From assembly GCA_905178155.1 (NCBI GenBank), contig CAJINV010000003.1, positions 4,561,863-4,625,862 on the forward strand: DNA of 64,000 nucleotides. The letters run 5' to 3'. The notes beneath the pieces were generated by a model. It was not told the DNA's origin. It saw nothing but the letters and a program-made list of their open reading frames with translations, and searched no databases. The DNA is from Amoebophrya sp. A120 (taxonomy: Eukaryota > Protista > Dinoflagellata). This document shows, piece after piece, positions 1 to 11,704 of the stretch; positions within the stretch are counted from its first letter, which is position 1; each line of letters opens with the position of its first letter. Both the position numbers and the translations under genes were made by a program.

Positions 1-2606
1 GATCCAGCAGAAGGGTGAATGGGAAGAGGCGGTGAAGCGTGAGAGAGCAGCTGCAGAAGCTCAAGCGCGAGACCTGCGGCAAGAGCATGAGCAGTATTAT
101 AATAGCGAGAGTGCGTTGTCCTCGTCCTGTGTGGTCAAGAATGAGGGCCGCAAGCCATGAGAATAATTGTTCCACTGGAATTTTTTATCTGCAATCCGAT
201 TCCAAATCGAAATCAGACACGTGGCGACGCTGCAGGCCCAGATAGAGAAGTTGAAGGCGGAGGAGGAGCGGCGTAGTGCCGAATTCGCCACGACAAGTGC
301 GGAGTTCGCCGCTACCCGCGAGAGCCTGCAGACAGCCCGAAATTCCGCGGTTGCCGCATCCCAGAGAAAAAGTGCCCAGATGTACTCAATTACTGGTTGC
401 TTTTCAAATTCCTGTGGAGGTCTAGTTCTCCACAATTCAGAATCAATTTGTCGCAGGAGTACAACGATGTTGTGCGAGGAGTTTTCCCTGTTTTGAAAAA
501 TTTGCAGGTTCTCTCTGTCCGTGCGAGCCTTTGCGCAAAGCGACGATCTGATTCTTCGCAGTGTGGTGGATTGCTGGAAGCAGTTTCGACTGGAGGGAAG
601 GCTTTCGTGGGAGCAGAAACAGCGCCGCGCATTGGAGGAAAGTTCCGCGAAAAGAGCAGAGGCCTTGGAGGGAGCTCTGGTAAGATTTTTTTAATTTTTA
701 CCGAGATGTTTGTACCGTGTTGTGTAGTACTTCTGCTGTTGCCACGCCCACGCACCTTCGTTGTGCAGTGTGGACATTGCGGGGAATAATAGAAAAAACA
801 CATTTGTAGACCTCTGCGCGTGGCGAGTACGACACGTGGAAAGCAGAACTCGTCCGAACAAAGGATAAGGAGAGTGCCGCGCTTGTGGCAGAAAAGGAAA
901 AGGAGGCACAGCGATTGCGCGACGAGCTGGAGAAAGTAAGAAAATCGCACGACGACGAGTTTCAACGCGAACGGGAAACGGGAAAAAAAACCGTTGAACG
1001 ACTAGAATCGCAACTGCAAAACCTGCGAGCAGAGCTAGCGGCAGCTCGCGCGAAAGAAAAGGACCTGCAAAAGCGGGTTGTTGACCTGCAAGCGGCAAGT
1101 GCGAGCGCTAAAAAAGCTGACTCCTCTCCGGGAAAGAAGCCAGCGGTTGCACCGTCCCCGGAAAAGAAACCGACCCAGCCCGCTGGTAACAAAGTAGAAA
1201 AAGAGTCGGCCGACGTGAAACAGGCGTTAGAAAAAGAACTGAAAGAGGCACAGGAAACGTGGGCGGCGGAGCACAAAAAGCGGGAAGATTTTTTTCGAAG
1301 ACGCGAAGATACTCTGGTCAAAGAAAACCAAGCCCTGCAAGATAAGGTCAAGGAGCTCTCCGCTGCATCCGGTACGGAAGCGTTTTTCGTTGTGACCACC
1401 TTCTACATTAGATATTACGATTTTTCGGATCTACTTGAATGAGACAAGATATCTAAGCACACATTTTGCAATTCTATTCCACCCTAACAGGCGGTTTTGG
1501 AGCCAGCGGAACACGGATGGTCCCCGGCCACGACCCGGAACGAAAGTGGAAGCAGAAAATCAAGCAGCTGGAAGACAACGAGAAAAAGGCATTATCAGCC
1601 TTGCGGGCCGAATACGAGAAGAAGCTGCAGGAACTGGAAGCCCGGTTGCAGCAGGCGCAAGCCGAGGCGGGGGAGCTTTCTGCCGCGAAGGCGCACGCCG
1701 AACGCGAGCGAGACAGCACTAGCGTATCCCCAACTAAGCAGCGAAAGAGTAGTGTCGGCGGCGGTAGTGGTGCTCCTGCTGCTGGTGCTGCTGCTGCTTC
1801 CTCCACCTCCTCCGCCGCCGGCCCGGCGCGCGAGCAGCAACTAGAGCGCGAGGTCGCGGAGCTGGAAGCCGACCGCAACGAACTGCTGCAGCGCGTGGAG
1901 AGGCTGGAGGGCAGTGCGGCCCGAGACGAATTGCTGCGCCTGGCCGAGGAAAGGGTAGCAAAGTGGAAGAGAGCCGTCGAGGAGAACCTGGTCGAGGTGC
2001 GGAAGTCGCTGCGGATGCTGGTGACGAGCCCGAAAATCTCCATTAACGTCGGCACCAAGCCAACACTAAACGTCCAAGCCGCCTTTCCCTTCGACAAGAT
2101 ACAAACCGCCGTCCGCCAAGAAATCATCCCAAAATTCCAAGTACAGTTTGTTGGATGCTTGATTTCAGAAACACGAGTATGTAGTGTAGATCTGCCAAGT
2201 TTTGTGTGGTTTTTTTTGCAACTTCCCTGCAGAAGGGTACCGCTACCGCGCAAAAAAGTAAAAATGATGCAGATCATGAAAACAAAATGAACAGAAATGT
2301 CTCCATGTGGCAGAAGAGGAGTACGGCGCCGACAGTGACGTGAAAAAGCTCGTCTATGCTGGCGTGGAGGATTTGGCAAAAACACTGCAGTCAAAAATCC
2401 ACGAGCTGATTCCGGACGCGGAAGGCAGTTGCCAGTGGGATGCAGACCCAGCGTCGCAGTCCCCCGTGAAAGCCAGCGCCGCAGCACGGTTACCGGCGGA
2501 CAGATCCACGTCTAAGCCACCACCTACCGGCAGCGCGATTTCCTCGCCAACAAAGAGCATTTCGCCCCGCAAGCGAGCATCGCAGCCAGCGGCGCCACGG
2601 TTTTGA
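1..2606 (+). CDS. 3' part of a multi-exon coiled-coil protein (5' end probably outside the window)
   Basis: Successive + ORFs (167-496, 885-1442, 1466-2290, 2307-2606) are E/K/R/Q-rich and heptad-like, separated by AT-richer GT..AG segments (e.g. ~1372-1489). Stop is TGA at 2604-2606. Some exon boundaries are unresolved. Confidence 0.65.
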
Positions 2607-3443
2607 TGTTCTGCCGGACAAGGAGGTCTCCAGGGTGCCGACCCGGGGCGCTGCGGCGAATTTTAGCTGCTCTGTGCGATTTTGTAAGTCTCGCTGTATT
2701 TATCAGGTATATAAACTAGAATCTTATCCTGTCTCGCAAAACAAAGGCACAGAGCCATATTTCCTTCTTAAATTCCTCATCTTTGGCAACCGCCAGGTTC
2801 GTCTCGGTGTACTTATTTTAATCACTGCAAAAATTGGTTGAAGTTTCTGTTTCACTGTAGAATGCTGGACCATGTAATTGGAAGACGGAGGTTTCTACCC
2901 GCAAAGCATGTCTTGGCTTGCTGAAAAATTGTAGAATTGTTGTGCTTCCCATTTGTGGAACTGAATCCTGTACCAATCCTTGAAGTAGTAGAAAATGAAA
3001 ACTCATTGATGGCTACCGTAAACGTCGTGTAGGATACATCTACGCACCTTAAACTTGTTTGACAGCGTGTGACGCGATCAGTTTTGAGCGATGAACGATC
3101 CCACAAAGCTGAATCAAAGCGTGAGCTGCAAACCGCTCAAAAATGCAAAATACTTCAGAGAGAGGAGGCAGTCACAGATTTAAGAAACAAAATGTTGAAT
3201 TGACGCGAATGTTACGCAAAAGTTAGTATGCAGACCTGACTTGCTAGGATGATATAATTTGAATTTATCGAGGCACCGTGGTCGTACTTGTTTTCTTTTG
3301 CCGTTGACACCACGCCCAGAGCTAATCTCCACCGAAACGCCTACAAGCGTTCTCGCTCTGCACCGCCGCTTGACGCTCATCCGCGCATACCGGTGCACTG
3401 CTGCGTGGCACGACTTCTGTCAGGACCCCTGTGCTGTGCTACG

Positions 3444-6400
3444 ATGAATTCCGGTGCTGATCAATGTTCTTCAGGCGGCTCGTCACCCGCGTCCAACCCC
3501 AGGGCGCGAACTCTGTCGGCCCACGTCCGGGGCTACGAGCCGAGACCTCCACGCAGATCGTCATCACCACCTTCGAGAAGACACACCGTTGCATACTACG
3601 GCATGAACCCTGCGGACGCGATAGAAGGTCCGGCAAACCTCCAGTTTCGCAATGCCGCAGGAATACCTTCTAGCTCGGAGAATCCGTTGAATGAGCCAGC
3701 CCCGGTGCAGGACGCGCGACAGTCCCAAAAACGCGGCAAACCTGCGCTCGAATTACGTCGATGCAGTCCTGCACAGCTCGCGTCTACAAGGACCCCGCTG
3801 GCGATGCGCACAATTGTTGCTGGCCGGAAAAACACCACTTCAGGAGGGCGTGCATCATTCCCTGCAGCAACGGGAGGGGCGAGCAGCAAAGAGAGTGCGT
3901 CCTCTTCAGCGAGTGGGGTTGGGGTTGTGGATCGGCAGACGGGGTGCAACGTGCTCCCATTCGCTGATGTTTCGCGGGTCAAGCGAAACCCCCACCGCAA
4001 GGGGCTGGGAAGCCCCGTCGAGCGCAACCCGTTTGACTCAGAGAACATGATAAAAGCGGCGGCAAGTAAACGGGAAAGCATTCAGTCCGGTCTGTTCGAA
4101 ATCGCGCGAGATGGCGAGCGCCAGCTAGAAGTCGGAGTTGACGCACATCCCACTGCGGCAGATGCGGAAACAGCAGAGGTGACACATGCGGGCGATACCT
4201 TCGAAAGCGAAGCGGCCGCGGAGAACGGAACAGCCGGAGAGCAAGATGAGTTCGTCAAGAACGCCACCAAGAACCCGTGCTCCATCACGAAAAGCAGCGC
4301 TTTTCAACAACCAAACACATTTTCTACTTGTCGCAAACCCAGCGCGAGAAGAACTTCTTCCGTCTCCTTCGATTTGAACGCTGCCCGAGCGGAACACGAC
4401 GGCGGTGACTCGGATGGTGACTCGGCTGCTTCGTCGGTTGACTACTTGATGGGGAAGTTGGAAAAGACGCTCGCGCATGACGTCAAGCTAAGCGAGAAGC
4501 CTGGCGCTGTCCGGAACCAGATCTGGCTCTCGAAGCTCCCGCTGAAGACGCAGGATACCATCGTAAATTTTTTCTCGAAGCTTGAAGACTACAAGCTGCA
4601 GGATTCGTTTGAGGAGGAATTTTCAGAACTCAGTGGCGCAGAGGTCAAGAGAAGATTGGATTTTTTCGGAAAGCTGAAGGAAGTCGCCATTGACGAAGAT
4701 ATTTTTCTCGAGGAGGTGGGCAAGAGTAATGGGGCGCAGATCACAAGCGCTTTGGAGTTTCTGCAAGTCCTGAACATGATGGCAGAAGTCGGGGTTTGGG
4801 ACGATGAAAAGGAGAACTTTACACAGGACACTAGGCAAAGTGTAGTTTCGCCCGAGCGCCCATCGCTCGTACCGATTGCAGAGGTGGACCGTGTGAATGA
4901 TGACCTCGCTCAACGCCGCAGCGACCAGCGTTCCTTGGACCGGGAGCGCGCAATGCACCAAATCACAGAAATAGATCCGCGTGTGGCTGCAATTTTCCAG
5001 AACAAGCCGACGAGCAGTGGGTCTTCTTCTTCGTCTTCTTCATCCGCCGCTTCTGCAGTCGGTGCCGCGAATACCAGCGCAGTACACCTCTGCTTCCCCA
5101 AGATCAGATCTAACCACACACTTGGAGCGCCGTCGCCCACCCTCCCCGTGGGTGTTTTTGTCAGCGACACGGTGGATCAGGTGAAGGATTTGCTGAGGAG
5201 GGTGATTTTAACGGAGGAGTTGGCCGACACGATACGCGAGCACACACGGGGCGAATTCAAAGAGATCTTCCGTCTCCTGCAACGCAACACGATCAAAGTG
5301 GGTATCATGCTTGATCGGTTCGTCCAGCGGCGCAGCGAAGAGCTCGGCATTCCCGTGCGGAAATATAGAGGCTGGACTCCGCAGGTCGCAGTCGATACGA
5401 AGAACGGCGGCATCGTCATGCCGGGCGCAGCACAAGCACACGACAAATCCAGGAGCGAGCAGCCTGCTGCCGTTGACGAACAAGCTGCTCCCGTTTCGCA
5501 ACTGGAAGGAGGCGCTGAAGGAGAAAGAGTTGAGGTTCAAAGGCCATCGGAAGAACGACCGAGAGCAGCAAAGACTTCGCTGCCGGACCCTGGCAATAGA
5601 TCATCCAGCGACAGGAGCCTCGGCCAAGCAATAGCATCCAAGAGCGCATCCGAAGGCGGTCCACCCGAGAGGAAATACCGTTCTGCAAGCGAATTAGACA
5701 ACGTGAAGAATGCATCAGGAGAAAATCGATCTGTGAAGCAAGAGGCGGGGTGTGGGCGAGAGGACCTGGCCCTCCTTCTGGAGTACGAAATAACGACGAC
5801 GCACGTCGTGGCGGTGCAGCCGCAGTTGCCAAGTTCCGCCTCTCACGAAACTGGTCTCGTGGTGTCCGCACCTGGACTGGCAGACGCCCGATCCGGCGGA
5901 AAGGAGAAGAGCGATGACCTCAGCGTGCGGGAAAGCGTGCAAGAGAAAAAAGCGAAGGAAGTTGTAAAGGAGAACGAAAATAAGCAGCGACAGGATAAAC
6001 TAGGTGCCCAGTCTGATCAAAAACGGCAAGGAGGGCACTTTCAGCAGGAAAGAGTCAACCAGCGTGATCAAAGGGCGCCGAAAGAATCGGCTGCGCAAGA
6101 CGAGGATGTAGAAATGTCCGACGTCTCTGCGGATGTTGGCAACGACGTCGCCATGGGATGTGCCAACCAGGAATTCGAGCCCGGAGAGGAGAGCAATAAA
6201 GAAGGTGCTACTGATAGAGCAGGAGCGGAAAGTGACAAAGAAGAAGCGAAACAATGTCAGCATTCGGCCACTGCAGCAGTGTCGGACGGATCAGCAAAAA
6301 ATGCAGAGGAGCTCGCGCAGCAGGATAGTGCAGCTGCTGGAGCGCCGCGAGGTGCCGCGATATCGGATTTCGAGGCAGTATCGGCAGGAGAAGAGCAACG

Positions 6401-7475
6401 AGATTCAGAAAGGCATGGCCGACGACAATCGGAGTCGCAAAAACGGGTAGAGTGCAGCAATGCAGCGGCGAGGGGGATCGAGATGCCGGCCAGTGTGGTG
6501 ACCAGCGCCGCACCGCAATCTCGCGCTGCAGCACCTACTGGCCCGCGAACGGCCATTCACGACGACAGCAAGGGCGAAAGTTCGTCCGAGAAGAAAATGC
6601 CGACAGGGTTGTCGGAAAAAGCAGGAGGATCCACCACCGAGCATAAACTATCTTCAAGCATTCCGACTAGTGGCCGCGGAAGCGATGCCGTGGTACAGGA
6701 GCAGAATGCTGTGACACGAGCGTCTGTGTCGAATGCGGAGCAGGAAGTGAACATACCAAAAAGATGCGACCCCAACCTGTTGAAAAGCAACGAACCTGGC
6801 ACGTCGTCTTCGTCGTCCGGAAAGGAAGTTCACACGACAGGGCGTGCTGACCCGAAACCCGTCGGACACAGAGTACAAAAAGAGGGCCTCGAGCAGGCTA
6901 CTGCGACCGGTAGTCATCCTCGAGGTGTGCCGGACGTTACGGGTAGTCTCGATGACATCAAGGAAGCTGGACAAGAAAAGGTTGCCGCTGGTGCCGACGA
7001 TCGCCGTGGGATTTTGCAGCCAGGTGTCCCGCACATGCAGTCCCAGCGGGCGAAGAGAGTCGCGGAAGACCGAGCCTTGTCCGGGGTTGGGGCAACCGAT
7101 CAAGTACCTGTAGAGGCGTTCTCAAGTTTCACTCCTGGCACGGCGAGAGTTGAAAAAGAGCAGACCTTGCAAGCAGTGAAAGGTCCTCGTGCACGACCAC
7201 CCATGTTGCAAAACAGCGAAAAGAAGGGAGAGAAACAAGAGCATGATCATGGTCGGTCAGATCCTAAGTCCACAGCTGCGATTCTCCACCAACCAACACG
7301 CGGTGCAGAGGCAGGCTCACAAGAAGTGGCGGAATACAACAAGAAGCTTGACGATTGCGATCTAGTCATGACGGTAATTGCGATGCGTATAGGAAAACAC
7401 CTGGGATTGGGCGATGCGATTAGCAAAGCACCTGATTTTGCGGAGCTGGTACCAGCACTGACTAATGATGAATAG
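3444..7475 (+). CDS. Large single-exon, mostly disordered hypothetical protein (~1340 aa)
   Basis: 4-kb uninterrupted ORF with first ATG at 3444. S/A/E/Q-rich with a helical central core. No family recognised. Confidence 0.75.
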   Translation: MNSGADQCSSGGSSPASNPRARTLSAHVRGYEPRPPRRSSSPPSRRHTVAYYGMNPADAIEGPANLQFRNAAGIPSSSENPLNEPAPVQDARQSQKRGKPALELRRCSPAQLASTRTPLAMRTIVAGRKNTTSGGRASFPAATGGASSKESASSSASGVGVVDRQTGCNVLPFADVSRVKRNPHRKGLGSPVERNPFDSENMIKAAASKRESIQSGLFEIARDGERQLEVGVDAHPTAADAETAEVTHAGDTFESEAAAENGTAGEQDEFVKNATKNPCSITKSSAFQQPNTFSTCRKPSARRTSSVSFDLNAARAEHDGGDSDGDSAASSVDYLMGKLEKTLAHDVKLSEKPGAVRNQIWLSKLPLKTQDTIVNFFSKLEDYKLQDSFEEEFSELSGAEVKRRLDFFGKLKEVAIDEDIFLEEVGKSNGAQITSALEFLQVLNMMAEVGVWDDEKENFTQDTRQSVVSPERPSLVPIAEVDRVNDDLAQRRSDQRSLDRERAMHQITEIDPRVAAIFQNKPTSSGSSSSSSSSAASAVGAANTSAVHLCFPKIRSNHTLGAPSPTLPVGVFVSDTVDQVKDLLRRVILTEELADTIREHTRGEFKEIFRLLQRNTIKVGIMLDRFVQRRSEELGIPVRKYRGWTPQVAVDTKNGGIVMPGAAQAHDKSRSEQPAAVDEQAAPVSQLEGGAEGERVEVQRPSEERPRAAKTSLPDPGNRSSSDRSLGQAIASKSASEGGPPERKYRSASELDNVKNASGENRSVKQEAGCGREDLALLLEYEITTTHVVAVQPQLPSSASHETGLVVSAPGLADARSGGKEKSDDLSVRESVQEKKAKEVVKENENKQRQDKLGAQSDQKRQGGHFQQERVNQRDQRAPKESAAQDEDVEMSDVSADVGNDVAMGCANQEFEPGEESNKEGATDRAGAESDKEEAKQCQHSATAAVSDGSAKNAEELAQQDSAAAGAPRGAAISDFEAVSAGEEQRDSERHGRRQSESQKRVECSNAAARGIEMPASVVTSAAPQSRAAAPTGPRTAIHDDSKGESSSEKKMPTGLSEKAGGSTTEHKLSSSIPTSGRGSDAVVQEQNAVTRASVSNAEQEVNIPKRCDPNLLKSNEPGTSSSSSGKEVHTTGRADPKPVGHRVQKEGLEQATATGSHPRGVPDVTGSLDDIKEAGQEKVAAGADDRRGILQPGVPHMQSQRAKRVAEDRALSGVGATDQVPVEAFSSFTPGTARVEKEQTLQAVKGPRARPPMLQNSEKKGEKQEHDHGRSDPKSTAAILHQPTRGAEAGSQEVAEYNKKLDDCDLVMTVIAMRIGKHLGLGDAISKAPDFAELVPALTNDE

Positions 7476-7848
7476 CCTGCTCGTAGTACTGAGTATATTG
7501 ATTTATGGTTTTGCATTTGCTTCATTCTTGAATCAAAATCGCAGTCTACGTATGCTAACTACCATATCCGATGCTCCTTTGACACTGCTCGTTGACGGAA
7601 AACCACGGAAAAACCAAACCCATTGTGCAGCAAGCTTTCGCCAGTACGTGCCGAATTGCATTTCGTAGCTGGAAAGCTAATGACCTTGCGCCGTCACGTC
7701 TGGAGCTGCGATTCATGGCGGGCCCATTTCTCTTTGTCTTGACGAAGATCCAACGGCAGTAAGCCCTTTTGGTTGTTGATGCGTGAAGATGTTTTGTGAA
7801 ACGTGCTTGTACTCAAGTAGGGTTAGAAATTGACTTAAAGCTTGGCGC

Positions 7849-10837
7849 ATGCCTGTGCTCTTCTTTACTGTACGAAAAATGCCCCTGGAACAATCTTCCT
7901 ACTATCAACAAACACCCAGGACTCTCTTCGATTTGTTGCTCTTGTCGCGGTCGGTCACAGCAGGAAAGTCTGACCTCAAGGACGACGACGCTTCGCTTGT
8001 TGGTCCGCTGCTGGGTGCGCGAAGCAAGACGGAGAAGAAGCTGGTTGGGGAGTGTCCCGGAGGCGTGGAGCGGTTTGACTTTGCACTGCACGACGCGGCG
8101 ATGAGCACTGGCGACAAGAAGACATCACAAAAGGCGGGCTCTTCGTTGAACCGTTTCAGGGTCTTTCACGTGATCTTGGCAATCGCCCACGTCGTTCGCA
8201 TCCAAGCTTCCAAGGGCGGGAACACGGTGCCCGGAGCTTCGTTGCTCGATCGGTCCAACTATCCTAAGTAAAAACGTACCCACACCAGAGTTAGGATGGG
8301 GATTTTGCAACACAAACCTAGGAGTTTTGTGAGTCACGCATGACAAGTTGCGCTCTGCAGTGTAGTGCAGGTTAGCAAGTGCAGCCGCGTCACAAATCCA
8401 GCTGCTCATCCTGTTCACAGCATCACAAATTCCCAAACCCGATTGGAAATGGCTCTCATGGGGATGCGCATTACAAGTCTTCCTGTCTTTGCAAATCTGC
8501 ATTACAACTCTGGTGTGGGTACGTTTTTACTCAGGATACCAACCTTCGTGATCCGGTGCGGAAATTTGTCAACCTGAAGCTGGCCGAATATCCTGAGTAA
8601 AAACGTACCCACACCAGAGTTGTAATGCAAATCTGCATGCTGAAAATGTTTCTCATGCGGAGCCTCATGAGGAGCATTTTCTAGTCGTGTTTTGCAATTT
8701 GTCATGCTCCAATCAGCATTGTATGCTAGATCTGTGATGCTGCTGAGCTAGCTCAAACAGCACTACACTACGAATCCAAATTTGTCATGCAAAACAGCCA
8801 AAACTTGTGGATTTGTCTAGCCGATTTCCCATCTTGACTGTGTGGGTACGTTTTTACTCAGGATACCGAAAAGATTGCGAACAACCTCTTCCCGCATCTG
8901 GCTGGCACAGTCTGCGACTGCGGGCGCGACGACCCGGTTTTCAAGGAGAAGATGAATAAGTACTTACAACTTCTACTCGTCTTACAAATTCAAAGAAACC
9001 AAAACCGATTGAATACAGTTTTTGATTTTTTCATCACCTAGAGCGAATGCGAAAGTCAATCGATTCTTAAAAGGAAATCCATTTTCTATTCCAGGGTGCA
9101 AGCGGGGCTCCAGGGCATGATTCAGAGAAAACACGTTGAACGCGTCGAGGTGACGGAGCTGGAGAAGGTTTGTTGTCATGAGGGAGAAGAGTGCGACGCG
9201 TCAGGATATGCCTTCGAGTTCGTGTCCGTTTTATACGAGCGGGAGGAGGACCCACCGAGGCACTACTGGACTTGCTTCGCGCCGCCCCGCTTTACAGGTG
9301 CTACCTCTACCGCGACGTCAAGCAGCGTGCCGCCTGCGAAAGTCAGTGCGAAAACACAGAGCGTTGGTTTTGCTCCTGGGAAAGAAACGGCGCGAGGAGA
9401 ACCGCTGGTTGCAGGAGAAGAGAAGAAGTTCGCGAAGATGAAGGTAGCAAATAAAAGTAACGCATCGAAGTCAACAATCCAAGGAGGAGCTACGAGAGGG
9501 GACGGGAAATCGATCGCGAAGACGGCTGGACTTGTTAACGGTCCGACTTTTTCCAAGTCTACAAGCGACGCTGGCCCGGGGTCGAATAAACACGGCATTG
9601 CAGCTGCACCGTCGTCTTCATCATCCGACTTGCTCGGAAATAGTAACCCATTTGCCATTCATCAGCGGAGCGGCGGCAAATCGGTACAAAAGTTTTTTGA
9701 TCTGTACAAAGACACGTCGTGGAGCACTGCGGGAGACGGCGTGAAAGAAGGTTACAGCATCAACGTTTACGAGAAGTCGATCAATCTTTACGACCACTCC
9801 CTCGTGTACGCGGGTGGCGCGGAGAAGGTACATTAATGAAGAGTGACCTTCTGATCATGCTTGATATGAGTATAGTGCAGCTTGCGGATCAGTACACAGT
9901 TGAGCAGCCTGCGTTTGAAGTCTGATCGTGCAGTTGAAGAAATGATAATTAACCACTACATCAAACACTAACAGGGCCGTATTCAGGTGAAGAAGGAAGC
10001 CTTTAGTGACGGCAAAAATCCGGACTTGTTGATCGTGAAGTCCGAGGAAAATCCGGTGAAAAGTAGCACAGTGCCTTGTGGTCTGCGATTCGGCAGTGCG
10101 CCAAACTGCAGTGGAGTGCAAAAGGAACTACTTCGGAGTCCGGAAATACACGTCCGGACGCAGCCGGGCGCCAACCCCGAGACGTTCCTCTTGAGCAAGA
10201 AGTTAACGAAGCGCTACTACGTCAAGCCGACAAGCGCCGCTCCATCGCAAAGTGAAAAAGGAAAAGCAGTCAAGTCTACCGGTAGTGCACTTGCCGGAAG
10301 TGGGACGAAGCAACCATTTCAGGAAGACGAAGTCGTGGACAAGTTCTTTCGGGAGTGGGCCGGAACTCAGTGGATCTCCAAAGCAAGCAAAGCGGAGAAA
10401 CTTGCCACCGGACAGTACTCTGTGCGAGTAATGGCTGGCACAGTGGAGCTCTGCTACGAGAACAAGGTACAAGTCACCAATTGTATGCGCATTGAAGATG
10501 AAGTTGTTTTTTTTTGGTCGTCATTCCTCGCACTTCGTGCACTTCTTTATCGATGAACGCAAAATATTGTTCTCAGGTTGTTGAAGTCGTCGGAAAAGCT
10601 GAATTTTCTGCGGTGGAGGCTGGGCTCATCGAGTTGAGTAAGGACACCTGCAGAATTCGATCTATCACATATGCGAAAGAGGACGCCCTGGACCGCGAGA
10701 GCTGGGAATTTCTGGCTACGATTACGGTGCCACCAACTGCCGCGTCTGCGCCAAGCACGGGCTCGTCGAAGAAGAACTCGGACTGTTTCTACGTCGAGTT
10801 CAGCTACGCGCGGCCGGCTAAAATTTCTAGAAAATAA
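7849..10837 (+). CDS. Hypothetical protein, 6 exons (7849-8259, 8544-8588, 8871-8959, 9095-9827, 9987-10502, 10577-10837)
   Basis: The frame is continuous after removing two TIR elements (plus one TSD each) and three GT-AG introns (8960-9094, 9828-9986, 10503-10576): ...LDRSN|LRDPVRKFVNLKLAE|KIANNLF... The start could instead be ATG 7879. Confidence 0.7.
8260..8538. mobile_element. MITE-like introner, family C (279 bp), 5-bp TSD CCAAC
   Basis: TIRs tatcctaagtaaaaacgtacccacaccagagtt ... aactctggtgtgggtacgtttttactcaggata. CCAAC at 8255-8259 and 8539-8543. Confidence 0.93.
8589..8865. mobile_element. MITE-like introner, family C (277 bp), opposite orientation to the 8260 copy, TSD CCGAA
   Basis: TIRs tatcctgagtaaaaacgtacccacac ... 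tgtgggtacgtttttactcaggata. CCGAA at 8584-8588 and 8866-8870. Confidence 0.93.
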
Positions 10838-11704
10838 GCTTGTTTGTTTGTACTGCGGGTTTTGGGTTCTTGTGCGGGTTTTTGAAGTTTTGGGTTTCAC
10901 AGATTTGCTTGCTGCAGAGGCCTATGCACAAACATGATTACAAATAGCGATAGCATGTTTTTCAATTGAATAATGACAGGTCACATTCGAATTTTCATCA
11001 TTTTTTGGCTTCAAGACAATGAATCATTGAATTGCTTCACCGAGTTTTTTAAATTATGGTTTAGCTTTAGGGTACAGAGACATATGCATAAGTTTCTGAA
11101 TAGTTTCATTTTGCTTTTGGTTTAGGGTTCATGAAAATCCTCACGATTTGAACAGTTTAGACGGGTACGGAACACAGCAGATTCATGAAGATATTGCAAA
11201 ATGCACCTTTAATTCGCAAACGCAACATTTTAGATTTTGTCAACTGCTTGAAATTTTAGCAACAGCCTTCCCGGGCGGAATCAGGTGGATCACCCGATGA
11301 CCCATAGAAGCTTGTTTTTCCAAACTCCTGGAACACGCACAGTATCGAGCTTTCTGTGCGGGACTTTCTGCAGAGTGATGAGGTGTTGCGTTTCCAAACC
11401 AGTTGTGTGCACAGTTCAGAGAAGATGAAGATCCTAGACAAAAGCTTGAGCGTAGCTTGAGTCATTGCAATATTTGAAGTGCTCGTGCTCCTGCTGTGGC
11501 AGTAGGAGGTTTGATACACTTTGTGGCTACACGATTTTTCCATCTCATCAAAAGATAGCTCGGAAGAGAAAATCTCCCTGTGAATACGCACTCCTATTCA
11601 GGTCTCGTAGTAGTGAAAGCAGGATGAGTATGTACTTGAGTTAGGAGCTACATTGGTTGCAGCTCAAATTTTTGTTTTGCGTTTCCCCATTGCATCGCGA
11701 CATA

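Noticed and set aside
8260-8865. CRISPR-like array suggested by recurring ~30-bp repeats
   Set aside because: The repeats alternate in orientation and are TIRs of two elements with TSDs. The context is eukaryotic and no cas genes are present.
10577-10837. Possible BAH-like domain end (DCFYVEFSY)
   Set aside because: The resemblance is too slight to call without a profile search.
10999-11015. cattttttggcttcaag resembling the 3' half of the dinoflagellate spliced leader (CCATTTTGGCTCAAG)
   Set aside because: It needs three insertions, lies in T-rich DNA and is ~700 bp from the next ATG, so chance is plausible.
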